Positions 12,301 to 26,815 of a DNA stretch of 64,000 bases are shown in pieces. The stretch is from Amoebophrya sp. A120 (taxonomy: Eukaryota > Protista > Dinoflagellata), in assembly GCA_905178155.1 (NCBI GenBank), contig CAJINV010000017.1, forward strand, positions 984,722 to 1,048,721, in the 5' to 3' direction. The stretch's first letter is position 1. Each line of letters opens with the position of its first letter. The position numbers were made by a program, and so were the translations under genes. Under the pieces are notes generated by a model. It did no database searches. It was not told the origin of the DNA and saw only the letters and a program-made list of their open reading frames with translations.

Positions 12301-15300
12301 GGGCAAAGAACAAGTTGGCAGTAGAGCAAAAAAAGGAACATCAAAAGAAGCCCAAGCCGAAGCAGTTACAACTCCTAGTTGGTAATGGTATTGAACAACA
12401 AGCAGGCTCTGCGGCATCCTCCCCATACGACCGATCGCCGAAACATGCAATGAAGGCTTTAACTACGGGATGCGGAGGTCCGAAACACAAAGTGGGTCGC
12501 TACTCGGTTTTTGACCAGATCCGGTGCTCGGAACCTTGCTACGACGCTTGCGACGGGCTGGGACGTCTCTCCGTCCGACGGTGCAAGCTCGACATCTGCG
12601 GCCCGGTGAAGTTTTTTCGCGAAGCCCCGCAGCAGGTGTTCTTCGTCCGCGTGGTGCAGGCAGAGCAGCAGTGGCGGGTGTGGCGGAAGGTGGACTGTCC
12701 CGCGGAAAGAATCTTGCGCCGGGAGTTTGAGCGGTTGAACTGCCGGTTTGAAGGACAAAGACGATCTACTTCATCTTGGACCACTTCTACACAGGATCCT
12801 GGGCTAGAGGAGAATTTTAGGGACGAACAAATGCCACCGGGCAATGGAGCTGATCAAGGCGGGGCAACTGCGAATGATGATGACGGTGATTCTTTACAAG
12901 ATGTAAGGGACGACGGGCTCTTGATGAGTGACGAAGAAAAGGATCATGACGATGCTGAACGGGATGTTGCGCCAGTCATTTTTCCTAATCCCAATTACCC
13001 CCTTTCGCAGCAGAATGTGGTCAGCAAAGTTGACCAGCACGCGATCTTCGACCCGCGGATGATTAATAGAACGGGGGCTGTTGATGATGGAGCTGCCAAG
13101 GTTACCAACATGAATCCGCCCGCGTTTGCACCTCCAGGGAGGAACAAGAAGCGGGGTACTACAGGTAAAGACATCAGCGGGAAGATGACCTGTCATCAAT
13201 TACAGACTTCAGCATCTAGTTCGGCACCACTTGCTCAGGTCGTGGACATCAATTCAGCCCGTCCACCGCGTTCCCTCCTTGCTGGGCCCAGTGTCGTGCT
13301 CGAGCAGGCACCGGAGGATCTGCTGGAGGGCCACAATACGGATGTTTTTCCCACCAGTCTACCCGGCTTCGGCGCTTCGCGGGTAAGCAACAGTCTCGTG
13401 ATAGATCGCGAGCCCGATGAGGAACAGCTGCACTACGGCGGGAGAGGTGGTGGTAGCAAAAGTAGTTCCTCTAGCTCGGCTTGGCAGCGAGCAGATCAGT
13501 ACAATCAGCAGTTCTTGTTGCCGGGGAACTCGTCTCATCTCGCCGGTGTTCATCCGGTTCTGGCGCAAAAGCACAAACTACAACCCATGGACTCTCTCCT
13601 TGGGCCTGATGGAGGCGGAGTTGAGCAGCTGATCTTACCGTCGCGCATTGCTGCTCCATCGGCTTCGTCATCTTTTTTTCCGCCACAGGACCTTCACGGT
13701 CAGCAACAGCCTGTTCTTTCAGTTGATGATCAGAACAAGAAAAAAATGAACAAAAAATCCACTACAAGAGGACCTCAGGGTCCGATCTCGTCCCTCAAAA
13801 GCGAGGCGTCCAATAGAGGCCGGATTGCACAGGAACAAGGCCCTCGCAGTAGTACCAGTAGCCGCGCGCGGAGCATCATCGAGCAAGATGAGGCCGCCGA
13901 GCTGCAGCAACTGCGCAACGCCAATACACTGGAATTTGAACTCGACGCGACGCCGACCCCGCGGGAAGGCGAGGACCAAAAGGAGCCCGTCGGGTTTGTT
14001 GCTGAATCTCAACAACAGCAGCAACAAAAAGGCGACATTATCGATGTTGAAATGGACCAGTCGCAATTATCCCAACAGCTTGGCGCAACGGCTCCTGCTG
14101 GAAGTGGACCTGCACCTACTGCGACCGCACAGATCAAGAAAGATCGACGAGAAAACAAGAAAAGCGTCGCTTTCGAGGGTCGCCACCGCATGTCTGCCGC
14201 CAGTTTCTCGTCTTCGAATTTGTCGGGATCCCCAAAAAGTAGAGAAGTGCAGGATGAAGATGTCGATATGTTGAATGGCGAGGGGGAGGGGAGTTTTTAC
14301 GATGCAAAACAGTCAAAGTCCTTTGTGCCTCTGGACAGCCTGCAGGCGGCAATGGATCACGACGGGCCGCTGTTTCAGAAGGACTACGCCTTCAAGCAAT
14401 TGATCCTGCAGGAGCTAGAACCGTACTTCGAAGAACTGTTGCGGGAAGAGGAAGACGGAGGTGGAGAACGAGAAGAGCGGCAGGATGATTTTTTCGACGA
14501 AGAAAAAAATTTAAACTACAAGGATGAGAGCGACATCTTCACCTCCTTGCATGATGAATTACAAGGCAAAGACGCAAAAGGCGCCACATCTTTCGAAGCA
14601 GGTGGGACTAATGCATTTGATGCACCACCTACTACAGGTGGATCTGGATCAGGAAAAAAAGTGGATGTGGAAGGCGCCCCAGCAGAAGCAAAGGCAGTAC
14701 AGGAAAGTAAGAAACGGATTCTTCAGAACAAGCTGCGAAGCGCCGTGTCCAAGATTTTCCGCCGTTCTCGGCAGTCCGTGGCGCATACGGAAATCCAAAA
14801 ATTTCTGCAGGATTTGAAGCGACAGGTGGATGGGAACTTGATTTTTGATAGCGCAAGAGAAGCAGCAGGCGCAGGTGACAATCGCGACACCACCGGAACT
14901 ACAGCGCTCGACGCGGCTGCGTCATATGGATCACAACGACGTCAGCCGAGTACTAGATCGATTTCCTTGCGGGCAGCTCCTCAAGAAGAGGACCTCGCAG
15001 GAGCCGGTGGGCCACTATCGGTGATGAATTCCAACTTTTCTTTTGGGAAGGCGTTTCGGTCGCTGAACGCAAACGCCGGCATGACGTTTAACTTCGACAA
15101 CATCGACGTGGATGATCTCGGCGGACAGGACCAAGAAGAACTCGGCACTGGAATGAGTGACGAGCGGCAAGAACGGCTGCAAGAGGCCGGCGAAAGAGGT
15201 TTTGAATTTGATGAAGGTCAGCATCAAGGGCCTTTATTTGAGGGTGACCACTTTGCCGGTGTTTCGTCCGACGATGCGCCGAAAGCGAAAAAACCTCCGA

Positions 15301-18300
15301 TGAAGATGCGGAACGCGCCGAACAAGAGAAAAATCGCGGACGACCACGACACGGACAAAATTGAAAACGATGGCGATGCAGCGACCACAAACTACAATCT
15401 GGTGTTCGGCAACGGAAGAGGGCGAAGAAGGAAGACCCTGATAACCACCGCCAAAGGTGCTGACACCAATGGCAACACGACCACATCGATCCAAAATGGC
15501 TCTCCGGATCCTGCTGCGGCTGCTTCCTCAGCGGTCTTCACGCCAGCTCCGCTACCGAGTCAAGGAGCATTTTTCGCGCACGAAGGTGCGGGCCAGCGAG
15601 AAGACGAGGCTGGTGAGCAGGAGGAGAAAGTGTGGGCAGAAGTTGCGCCCCGACCTGCGAAGCCGGAAGAGATGCGGTTTCACGAGTTGGTGAGGCAGAA
15701 ACTGCATCAAATGCGGATCACGCGGCCGAGCCACATCGCGCAGTTGGAGGCAAGTATCTGCCAGGAGATTCACGATGAGTTTTTCAACTTCAACACGGCC
15801 GTGGAGTACGTCAAGCGCTGCCGCGCTTGTTACTGCCCACAGCACCAGTACTTGGTGTGCAGTAACCTAGAAGGCGGAAAACATGATCAGATGCAGACGG
15901 GATTCCTCTGCTTTGACAAAGAAACCACTCCATCTGAGGTGTTGGACGGTGCCGCGTCAGAGCGTTTTCGTTTTGATCTTGGTGGGGGTCTACTTCGAAA
16001 ATGCGGCGGTGACCACGACGTCGAGACCCCTCATCTACATCATCTGCAGAATGAACTGCAAGAAGTTACGACTGCTCGCTCGACAGGTACAAAGCCATCT
16101 TCAAATCGACGAAGTGATGAAGTAGAAGTAGACCCGTCGCTGAGCTATCTCCAGGCCTGGAAAGATCGTTGTTTAAAGGAGAGAGAAGGGAAGACGGAGT
16201 ACATGTGCAAGTACGAGTTGCGCCGACATCGACAACTAAAGCAGCAAGTAGAAGATGGAGATGCTTTAAGTTCGACCAAAAAGAACAAGCAGCGAGCTAT
16301 TCTTGGTGTAGGAGGAGCTTCATCAAGTGCAATGATGAAAAAAAGCTCAAGTTCTACATCGTCCAATGGCGTGACTAGCAAAACTGCTGGAGGTAACAAG
16401 GTGAGTGCAGGAGCTTCGGCGCAGCTCCTGAAGGGCAAAGCAAGAGGTACTGCGCCAGCTGGTAAGAAAAGCGGTACTAGGACTAGCGAAGTCATCAAAG
16501 ACGCCTCTCAGGAAAAGAAGAAACATGGTAAGAATTCGAGCCACCGTGGCATCAAGCCGATGGTTGCAGCGGAGAATCACGAGAAAGCTAGGAAGGTGTT
16601 GAAAATCAGGAGACTTGTGGAGAAAGAAGAAAAAGCTTTCGCCGCCAAGTACATTTTCAAAGCCGATTTGACAAGCACGGAGGCTACAAAACTGTTCTGT
16701 CTGGCCTTCAAGAGAACGCCAACGGAGAAGGAGAAAGTCCGCATCGAGCACATCCGGAGAATGTTGGTTTTGCAACACCAATATCAACCTCACGGTTCCT
16801 TCATGCGTGCCAGTACAACAGAAGCATCAAGAAGTCCTGGAACTGGAATGATAGAGCAAGAAGATCGGGTCGGCGGGGAACCCTACGGACATCGAGATCA
16901 TACGGCTTTTGGTCGTTTCGAGTTTGGAAACCGCGGGCAGCACCTCGTCTCGTCGGCCTGTACATCGCGGTCGGAAAGTGAATTCGATCTCGATGTGGAT
17001 GATCTTGAGCAGCGCGACAGTGTAACTGGTGATCACGCTCTGCTAGATCGAGGGGGTGAAAGCTCCTGCATGCCGCCAGCCCGCGGGCTACTGATGATGC
17101 AGCTACGGAACTACCTGCCACCGGAAACCACCAAGCCCTGCAATGCAGTAGAGATCGAAAATTACGTGAAGAAGCAGATAAGAAGCAACTACAGGGATTA
17201 CGCTTACGGAACGCGTATGCCTATCGGGAATTTGAAAAAGTGGCGGTACGCTGGGCGTGGAGTATGGAAACAGTGCTGGAGAAACCCCGACGGAGAGGAG
17301 GACGAGGACTGGAAAGAGAAGCTCGACGAGGAAATCAAATACGAAAACATGCACTTGAATGAGAATGACGCGCAGAATGAAGTTCTTGATGATGGTGCTC
17401 TTGTAAAAGACCTGCAACCGGCGGATGAGGCTGCTGGGAAAAGTGAGACAAAGAGCACTGGAAAGAAGATGAAAAGCCCGGGAAAAAAAGGTGCTGAAGA
17501 ACAGGACGAGAAGCGTGCTGATCATGTTGACAAGAAGCGCCGCCCGAAATCTGTCTCACCGAAAAAAACGACCAGGAAGACCCCACTGCTTCCGATCGGC
17601 ATTCCGCTCGACCCATGGTTTAATAACACAGTCACAATACCAGAGTCAGATACAGCGGACCAGGGAAGGTTCCATCAATACCCAAGAGAGCCTTTTATCA
17701 GCGACTGGCACTTGGTGCGCCTTTTGCAGGGTAGCGGACATTTGCTGCGCGAATGGTCGGCGAGAAAAAGGGAGGCTGCGTTCTGGTACAAAGAGCACAG
17801 CGAGCTTTTGCGGGAACAGGACGAGGATTGTGTAGTTGAACAGGAGATGCAGGACGTCGTAACTACGGATGGTGGCGATGTCACCTCAGTCGTGCAGACC
17901 GGCAAAAATCTCAAGGGTGATATGATGGACGCGAGGCAGGATGTTGAGAGCGAGTCAGAACAAGAACACCAGCTCAACCAGGAGATGGCGCATCAGCAGC
18001 GAAAAAAATCTGAAGTGAAGCGCAATATCAAAGAAAAGCTGCGGCTGCAAGTAAGACAGAACAAAATGAAACAAGCCAAAGAGCGGTGCAATCTGTACGA
18101 AATGCTGACAAAAGAAAAGCATGGCACGAGGAGTACGTGGACCATTGTAGTGCACTGCAAGCATGTCTTGTCGGACGCTGGTATAGAAGATGAAAAAGAA
18201 GACGACCCCATCGTGCGGGAGCAACTGCGGGTTTTGCAGGCGCAGCTCGACAAGGAAAAAGCGGTGGCACTTGCAAAGAAAGTTATTAAGCCACCAGAAG

Positions 18301-21300
18301 AAGAAGCGGCTCGACAAGAAAGCGATATCATGGTGGATGAAGAACACAAACCTGCTTCTCCCGCCGGTCTCGAGGAAGGTGCTGTGATGAACAAGTCCAA
18401 TCTGATATCCAGCAAAAACGCTGCGCCGCAAGGATTGCCACAGGCTCCTGCAGAGAAAAAGCGAAGGGGAAATACGAAGCTGCATAGTTGGTTCAGGAAG
18501 GACACATTGCCGCTTTTCACTTCCTCCGGAGGAGCAGGTAAAACAGCGCCGCTGATTCCATCGACAGCACGACATCAGCAGGCTGATGAAGATGACGAAT
18601 TTGTGTCGCCCCGCCTTCCGCTAAAAACCAGTAAAGCAGAAGCGAATTCGCCGGGTACACTCGGTGAGGAAGACGAGCTTCAAACTCAGCAAGGAGAGGA
18701 GGACGTCGGGGGAGGTCGTGGAGGAAAAAAGAAATGGAAAACCCGACAACGATCGGAGCTTCACGAGCTGCGGGCAACCGAGTGGAAGGCAAAACTTTCA
18801 AAGTGGGAGGAAAGTTTGCGACTGACAGGTCGCTACTTGGTGAAACCGCATTGGCACGACGATGTGTCCGATTCCGTCTTCACGTGGCGGAATTTCCGGA
18901 GCTCCCGCCCCTTCGAACCGAAACTGAACCTGACGGACAGCACTCACGGTTCCGGTAATCCTAGCACTACACCGAGTACCGAGTATCTGCAAGGATTTGT
19001 CAACGCGAGGAAATACTACGGCGCATTGTCGCTTTCAGCGTCCGGGCAGTCCGGGGTTGAGCCATACTATCGTCCGGATCAGGTGCGCCTGGTTCCTGCG
19101 AACAAAAGCTCTGCTGCTATGAATAGCGAGGATAGCAGCGGCGACGAGATCGGACGTCCAGCTCCACCTTCTTCTCTTCCGGCTCTGCAAAAAAAGCAAC
19201 GTGAGCAAGAAGCTTCAGCATCAGCAGAAGAAAAAACACAAAAAAGAATGCCAATTGAAGACGAAAGAGATGTCCCTGCGGAAGATGATGAGGAAAACAA
19301 CAAGGCCCCCTGCGAGGACCAGGCATTGTACGCGAGCGAGGGGTTTTTCAGCAAGGCTTTTTTCGCGGAATTACACCCAGACAACATTCCAGAGGGAGGT
19401 ATGCTTTTCTTCAAAAAAACGTATGACCTTGTGCAGAGCCGTTTTACAAGGCACTCGAAATTTCCTATGGAGCTCGTGGAAAATCCGTGGTCAAGGACGT
19501 GGTGGTACCAACACGGCCGGTTTACCGCGCAACGCAAAACGTATGCGCTCGAAGATTCCTGCTTGCAGGAAAAATTGTTCAAAGTGCTAGAGCACGCGCT
19601 GTGCGAAGAGGATTATCGAACGCAAAACATGGCTTACGTGAGAAAGCGGTATTGCCCAAAAGAGAAGCGGCTTCGTGGCAACGAGGAGATGGCGCCCGCG
19701 CGCGACTTTGCGTCCGATGGAAAATTCAGTTTTGTGAAGAAAATGCTGGCGATGCCGTACAAAAAAAAGCTGCGTCGGGAAGAAGTTGATGACACGGCTC
19801 TGCATCAAGGACGCCCGAAGCTACAAGAAGATAAAGAAAGTTCCGGTCCTCCTGCTACCTTTCTCGGTTTTCTCGCACAGAAGAAGACTCTTCAGGCAAT
19901 GCAGCGGCACGTAGAAGAATTTTCCCGAGAAACGTATGTGCAGTATCGGAATAATAACAAGGCTAAGTACCGGAAAAAGGTGCAAGCGGTAATGCTCGCG
20001 ACGGGGAAGAAATGGACGGAAGTCCAAGGAACGCTCCGCCAGATGAGTCTTGGTGCTCAGCAGAACGAGCAAGGAAGAAATCATCCAGGGCTATTAAGCC
20101 AGAAGAGCACCGCTGCGAGAAGCAGCAAGCGCTCGGTGCTGCCGACGAGGCTGCGGAGCGGGCCATTGTCGTTGCACAAAAGGCCATCCAGCCGCATGGC
20201 GACAAAGAGCCAGGTGAAAAAAAGTAGCGGGTCCCTCAGTCAGGCTTCGAAGAGCGACATCAACAGGGTTCGGAAAGAAACCGCAACACAATCACAAGCG
20301 ATAGCAAATAGAGGGCCGCCGGGTCAGCTGGGCAGCAGTTCCTCCAAAGCGAATATGAGCGCCAGTGCGTCGAGCAAAAAGAGCACTATTTTTCCCTTCG
20401 CAAGTCAAAACAAGAAGCAGCCGTCTCTTTTGTCCGCAAAGGACCCTGCTCCGGCACATCGTGGAGACCGTCCACCTAAGCGCTCCGTCTACGATCACAA
20501 TAAACTCGAACTAGACGCGCTCGACGGTGTGTTTGACGATGGCGAAATAGAGAAGAAGAACAACACATGCTGTTACAGCATCAAAAGTGGCAACAAGGAC
20601 CCTCCGCTCCTGCTCAACGAAGACTTTTACGCGCTGGACCAGAACGAACTTATTTCGCGCAACCCCAGTCAGAAACAAGAGATGAATCATCAGCAGCAAG
20701 CAGAATCCTTCGGTCTCGGAGCTCCTGTAGGGCAACATCAGCAGAAACACAAATCTACAACTTCCGTGGACCGTACGGAGACACGGTGGTCCCGCCTATT
20801 TGAAGACGACGATGTTATTTCGGAACATTTCAAAAAACAGGAACAAAATAAGAACTTGTTTGAAGGCCAGCACAGCAGGGTTGTTGGCGACGATTCGTCA
20901 CGTAGTAGAAGTTCCTGCTCGGATGTCGACATGATGGATTTCGACGACTTAGAGGAGGTTGTGTGTCCACAGAGGCGCATAAGATCGACAGCGCGAGGCG
21001 AGAAAGAGAACAAGCCGACCGCGTCGCCCAAACAGACTACAAGCAACAAAAAGCAGAGTGCTGGCGAAGATGAAGATGATGATGGTGATGGCATGATCGA
21101 TTTTGACAATCTCCCTGCGGCGCGACAAGACCAACTGCTCTACGGACGAGCAGGCGGAAATTATCGCGACTCGACGCTTCTGGAAGATCATTCTCAAAAC
21201 CAGAACTACACTCCTGCTGGTGGTACTAAAAGTCGACTGCCCGCCTTTGGTAAACCAGCCTACTTCGATGTCGAAGATTCTGCGGACGAACAGGACACGA

Positions 21301-24300
21301 CCCTGCCCGAAGTCGCCGACTTCCTCCACGCGTTCCGTATTGCCCATTCCCGGGTTCTGCTGACCGTCCTGTCGCGGTTGGTGCTCGAGGTTTTCGGCGC
21401 GAGGCTCTTGGAAAAGGTGTGCTGTGAAGATGATGTCGATAGAGATGGTGTTGAAGATGAGAACACAAGAACTTCCACTGTGCTGGAAGCCGGCAAGTCC
21501 AAGAACCGGACGCCGCGGACAAAAGGAACCTCTTTCTTGGAGAATGAGGAAAAAGCAAAACGAACAAACAGCAAGTACGATCTCGCAAGCGACAACAAAA
21601 TGGATGTCGATGAAGAATTTCTGGATCGCGATGATGTGCAGATGGGTGCACCGGTCGGAGAGGATCACGAGCAGGTCCTGCAAATCACCAAGAAAAGTAT
21701 TCTCGACCACAGCTGCTCAACCGCCGCGCTGGCCTCCTTTGCCGAGTTTCTCGCCAAAGAGTCATCCTCGCATGAGCAGGGCGATAACACGGAAGAAGAC
21801 GAGATGGACGTTTTTTCTGGAGAAACTTCTACCTACAGGAATGATAGCTTTCATCCCAAGTTCAACTTTATCCGTAGTGAAAAAACTCCGGTGGATAAGG
21901 TTGTTGGCGAGGGCGAAGAAGACAAAAGTGCACCACTTGTTCTGCCGGCTTCTTTACCGAGCAGCTGGCTTGTTCAACGGGCTACTTCTTCTACTGCGCC
22001 GAGAAAAATAAGCTGCCACACGATAAATCTGCTTCGGACAGCTATCGGAGCGGAGAGCTTCTGCGACTTAGCAGCGTCGACGAAGGCAGACGGCATTACT
22101 GCGGAGTCGATAGAAAACAAGGTGTCCCAGGAAATACACGAGCCTCGGGAAGAAGAAGAGGAAAAGCAGCAGACGAGTACTATGATGACGACGAGCAGGA
22201 CCGGGTGGAGGTTGTTTTCACAGGAGCCACTGTGCCCACCAGGTGGAAATATGTTCCACACGATGAAGATGACCGCTCAGCAACAAGTGGGTAGTGAACT
22301 TCTTTCGCTTTCCTGCAACGCCGACCGTCTGGATGTCGTTGTTTTGGTCCGTGGCACTGGCACCGGCCGCACCCGCGCCTCCAATAGCAGTACTCGACCG
22401 CTTTCTCCGACGCACATTTTTGACGGATTCAGCATCTTCAGTACGTTGCTGCTCGCGTACGACGCCTGTCTGAAAGCCTACTCCGACGAAACGCAGCTGA
22501 CGCGGAAGCAAGAAGATGGCACGCTTGATGCGCTGGAGCTGGACAAGAACCGCTTTATTTCAGAGGAAAGCAGGAAGACGAAGAACAAGAAGAAGAAGTA
22601 CGAAAGCAACGCCATTGATCGGCCGTCCGCGCGCACCACCCTTCTGCAGCAGGGCGTCGTCGGAAAGCGAAAGGACGACGGAAAACAGAAAAAAGGCGGC
22701 AAGGCAGTATCTAAAAAAGCAAAAAAAACTAAAACTAGCGACACGGCAAAGAAAAGCGTAAATGGGATGAACAAAAGTGCTGGAGGCACCACGATGGACT
22801 TCTACACGGGTGACTTCTTCAATGACAGGAAGAGTGAACAAAGCGTGCTGCCTGCTCGTGAGTCTCCGCATGACAATTTGCAACAGATAACTGCCGGCAC
22901 CACCACCTCCACCGCCCTAGAGCTGGAACGATGCCACAGCTTCTTCCGCACGCAAAGAAAAATGTGGAGACAGCGCAACAGAGCGGTTTTAGATTTGGGC
23001 GTGCAGGGAAAACAATGGGAAACTTCGCATGGGGAGGAAGATGATGAAGAAGCTGCGTTTCTTGAACAGGAATTGTACTTGCAAGCATTGGATCTTCAAC
23101 TCCTACCACGACTGCACCTCCACGCCACCGCGTCGTCCGGAGCAGCTGCAGCTCTGTTCACCCCGGCCAAAGCGACCCAGCTCACCTCCGCGGGCATTCT
23201 TGCCGGGACGAACTACACTGCGCCGCAAATAAGAACTACATCACACAACAAGTTGAAGCAATTTCTTCCGTGGATGTCGCAAGCCCGGGCGCTCAATCGA
23301 TTCGTAGCGCAACCCGAGGACATCGCGGTCGAAACGCTGTTTTCCGAGCTGGAATGCGTGGGGAAGGGGCACTTTGTGGAGTTGCGAACATACAACAGCA
23401 AAAACGGGAAGCAGAAGCTTGTGAAGTATTTTCAAGATGACGAGGGAAACGTGATTGGTGAACAAGATCAAGCTGGCGCTGGCCGCTTCTTGCAACAGGG
23501 CGGGCGAGCGGTTTGGAATCATGGCACAACCACGATGGAGCGAGGCAACAATCTAGAGGACTTCGGAGATGACGGAATGAAGATGAACCAGGGCGAGATT
23601 TTATTTACCACGGGAGGTGGAGCAGGTAACCGTAACTTTCACACGGCTCCTGCCAGCACGCCGAAACCGCTACAGGAAGGACAACGCACAACTGCTGTTG
23701 GTGGTAATACGAGCGGAGGGAGAGACGACGTTCCACCACCTCTTCCCTACTATGCCGAACAAGAAGAAGAAGACTCTGATCAACAGCTATTGCAAGCTGC
23801 ACAGGATTTTCAGAATTCCCTAGAGTACTTCTCCGTGAATAACATCGACTGGGAGGAATATTATCGGAAAGCCACCGGCGGTTGGAGTGCTGTGCAGAAG
23901 TATAACAGGAAAAAACAAGGAAAGCTCGGCGGAGCAGGTGATGATGGAACAAATATCAAGGATGCGAAGGGGAACGTTCAGAAGCGAGAGCAGACGCAGA
24001 TCAGCAGGATGTACACGGCGGACCTGGAGCGGTTTTTCCGGGAGAAGCAGTTATTGGACCAAGAGATCGCAAACGGGGGCGAAAATGTATCGGAGGAGGA
24101 AATTGACGGCGAGTTGCACAGATCCCTCAGCCGCAAATCTTCCAAAGCTGCTGCGCAGGCCCGGGGCCCTGGCGGGAAATTTGTGAAGGCGGGGGAAAGT
24201 AAATCTTCTTCGACAGGGCACGCGCACGCCGAAGCGGGAGCAGGTAGCTCTTCTCCCAAAGTAGTCCGCCTGGTTAAAAGGCCAGTTTTTCCCTCTGCGC

Positions 24301-25496
24301 AGAAACTCAGGGACGCAACCGCGCGAAAAAGAGCGGAGAGGCAAGCAGAGCGAGCGAAGGCCACGGCTGCCTCGCAAGTAGCTGGGAGCGGGCGACGCAA
24401 GGGACAGATGAGTGGCAAGGACAAGGGAAAGCTGGCACCTCGGAGAAAAAGGAGCAAGAAGAACGACGACATAGACAACAGTTTGGATTTAGACCTGGGC
24501 GAAGAAATAGAATTCGACCAAGCGCTAGAGCCACGAGAAAAGGATGAAACGGGTATGGATTTCTCCGGGAAGATCGGGAATGACGATGGCAATAAAGAAA
24601 AAGACCACGGTGTTGACGTGAAGATGAAAGTCGATCCGGCTTCTACAGCGCCGGATCAAGCCAGTGATAACAAGAAGAAGCCCGCGCCTACTTCTAACTT
24701 GAAAAAAGCAAAATCAGCAGCTGCGAAGACAGTGCAACAGAAACCAGCGGCTACAGCTGCGGCAGCTGCATCAAGTAGGACCACCGCAAGTACAAGCAAG
24801 ATGAAAAAAGCAGCGGCCCCCGCTGCAATGAAGACCAAAAAGAAGACCGCATCGCAGCAAAAAATACAATCGGCGAATGCGAAGATGAAACAAACAAAGA
24901 AACCGACCGACACCGTGAAGCAGGGAGGAAAAAATAACGCTCGGAAAAAGATGGTAGCGGCTGGAAGCTCGATCCGTAAAAAGGGAGAAACAAGAGAAGC
25001 TAGTGCTGGAGCTACTTCTATGACGAAACAGGTGCTATCGATGAAAAGTGTTGGTGGAAAAATGAAAGAAGAAAAATCGTCATCAAAAGGGGCACAGCCT
25101 TCGCAAGCGACTCAAGCGAAGATCAGATCGAGGCAAGAGTCTGGGAAGATGACGAAGCAGCCAGTTACAACGACGACCGAAGCTGGTGCTTCTACTGCTC
25201 CGCTCGCAGCTGCCCCTGCATCGTCTTCCTCTGTGCCTGCTACATCCGATCCGAAGAACGCGACCGACAAAGCTGCTGGCGGAAGTCTTCACGTGCAGCG
25301 AGATAGAACTAGTGCTGCTACGGGTGCGAACAATAGCAGGACAACATCAAATCGGCAGGCAAACAACCGCGCGTCGGCCAACAAAAGTTCCTCCGGGTCA
25401 TCTAGTTCATCATCCTCTTCTTCATCATCTTCTTCATCATCTTCCTCCACACCAGTCGAAGACGAGGAGGACGATCTGCTAGCCGATGATAAGTGA
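6400..25496 (+). CDS. Giant (~6,076 aa) largely low-complexity protein of unknown function; exons 6400-11214, 11801-11928, 12209-25496
   Basis: ORFs of 1634 and 4467 codons join in frame through a GT-AG intron (11215-11800, less certain) and the TIR intron at 11929-12203, giving KEEP|GSFLDDSENE. K/A/E/S-rich; no domain recognised. Confidence 0.7.
11929..12203. mobile_element. TIR intron (introner) family A, reverse orientation
   Basis: Left arm TATGGATGTGTCAGAGTTGAAATCGACAAAGTTGAAATAATTTGT matches the reverse complement of the right arm over ~50 bp. Direct repeat GAACC at 11924-11928 and 12204-12208. Removal restores the frame. Confidence 0.92.
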
Positions 25497-26815
25497 TGAG
25501 CAAGAGCTTCTAGCAATTTGATCTTCATCTGTTAGTAGCCGCATTTGCTTATTTTATTCCGACTCTCTCACTCTAGTACAACTAATCGTATTAACGTAGT
25601 GCATATGAATTTCTATTCGGAATACTTAATTTTTATTTTTTAGACGAAGAAACTGTAATTATGCTGTCACTGTGCTGCTCGTCCTCGTCGCTGTGCACGA
25701 TTTTCATCCACACTCTAACGCATCGAAGCTTTCACATCACACTTTTTAAAACTAACACAAATAAGCAGGCTCAGACATTTATCTTTTCAAAATATCACAA
25801 CGAAACAACCAGATGGAGCTGAATGACAACGAAAACGCACAAGATCATTACAATTGGAGACAAAAATGTAGACATTTTTTTTCTGTACGTATCTTTTTGA
25901 GCATCCGAGTATTCAAGTGCTGCAAATCTGACGAATACACAGTAATCTTCAAGCAGAAGAGGAATGAATTGTTATCAGCACTGCAAAAATATCTTCAGTA
26001 GTTTCATCAATTACAACAATTACAATTTCCATATGAGGATTACAGTGTGGCTCTCAAACGAAGATGAGCAAGCAGACGCTTGTGGCAACGATGAAGAGCC
26101 GCGCGCTCGATTCCGTTGTCATCTTCATATGCGAATGAACTGCCATACGTCGGCCACCAACACCATAAAGATTTTAGTCAGCTTCACCTGTCATGAAATG
26201 CCAAGACCAGAACAAATTTTATGAATCAATTCTCAATAATATCAACTAGAGGAGTTGGTGGACAACAAACAGTTGCAGAGCCAGACGCAGGTAAGGGCGT
26301 AGTATTGGCGAAGCGCAGGGCATGTAAGTTCTTCAGCAGGCTTGTTTTTTGACATCCGGAAACAAGACTTTCCTGGAAGGATGTGCAGTGGTCGTTTGTC
26401 TTTGGAGCGTACACGACCAGGTCTCTCATCGCAGAAAGAAAATGACACTTAGCAGCGTTCTTTGATGTCAACATAATTGGTTTACTCACGACCAACGACC
26501 TCAGGATTCTTACGCAGCACGAGGCGATAGCGTCGTAGTTGTGTCACAATGTCCTCTAGTTGTTGCTAGTCCGACTAGAGACCACGCCAGTGCAACAACT
26601 CGCGTACGATCGTCACAGGAACAGAAATCATTTATCGTCGAACATCAACATAGATCATGTATGTCGATGTCCTTTATCGTTCTTTAATCAGTACCTGAGC
26701 TGCTGGCCAACAAACTGCAACCGAGTGTTGCATTTGATTACCTTCTAGAATTTCACCTACCAACCTACTTCGACCAACCCTCACGACACAAAGACTGCGC
26801 CGTTGCCGTGGCATC

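Noticed and set aside
6400-25496. Genome-wide stop-codon reassignment
   Set aside because: Thousands of codons are open under the standard code and genes end at ordinary stops; only one isolated in-frame TGA was found.
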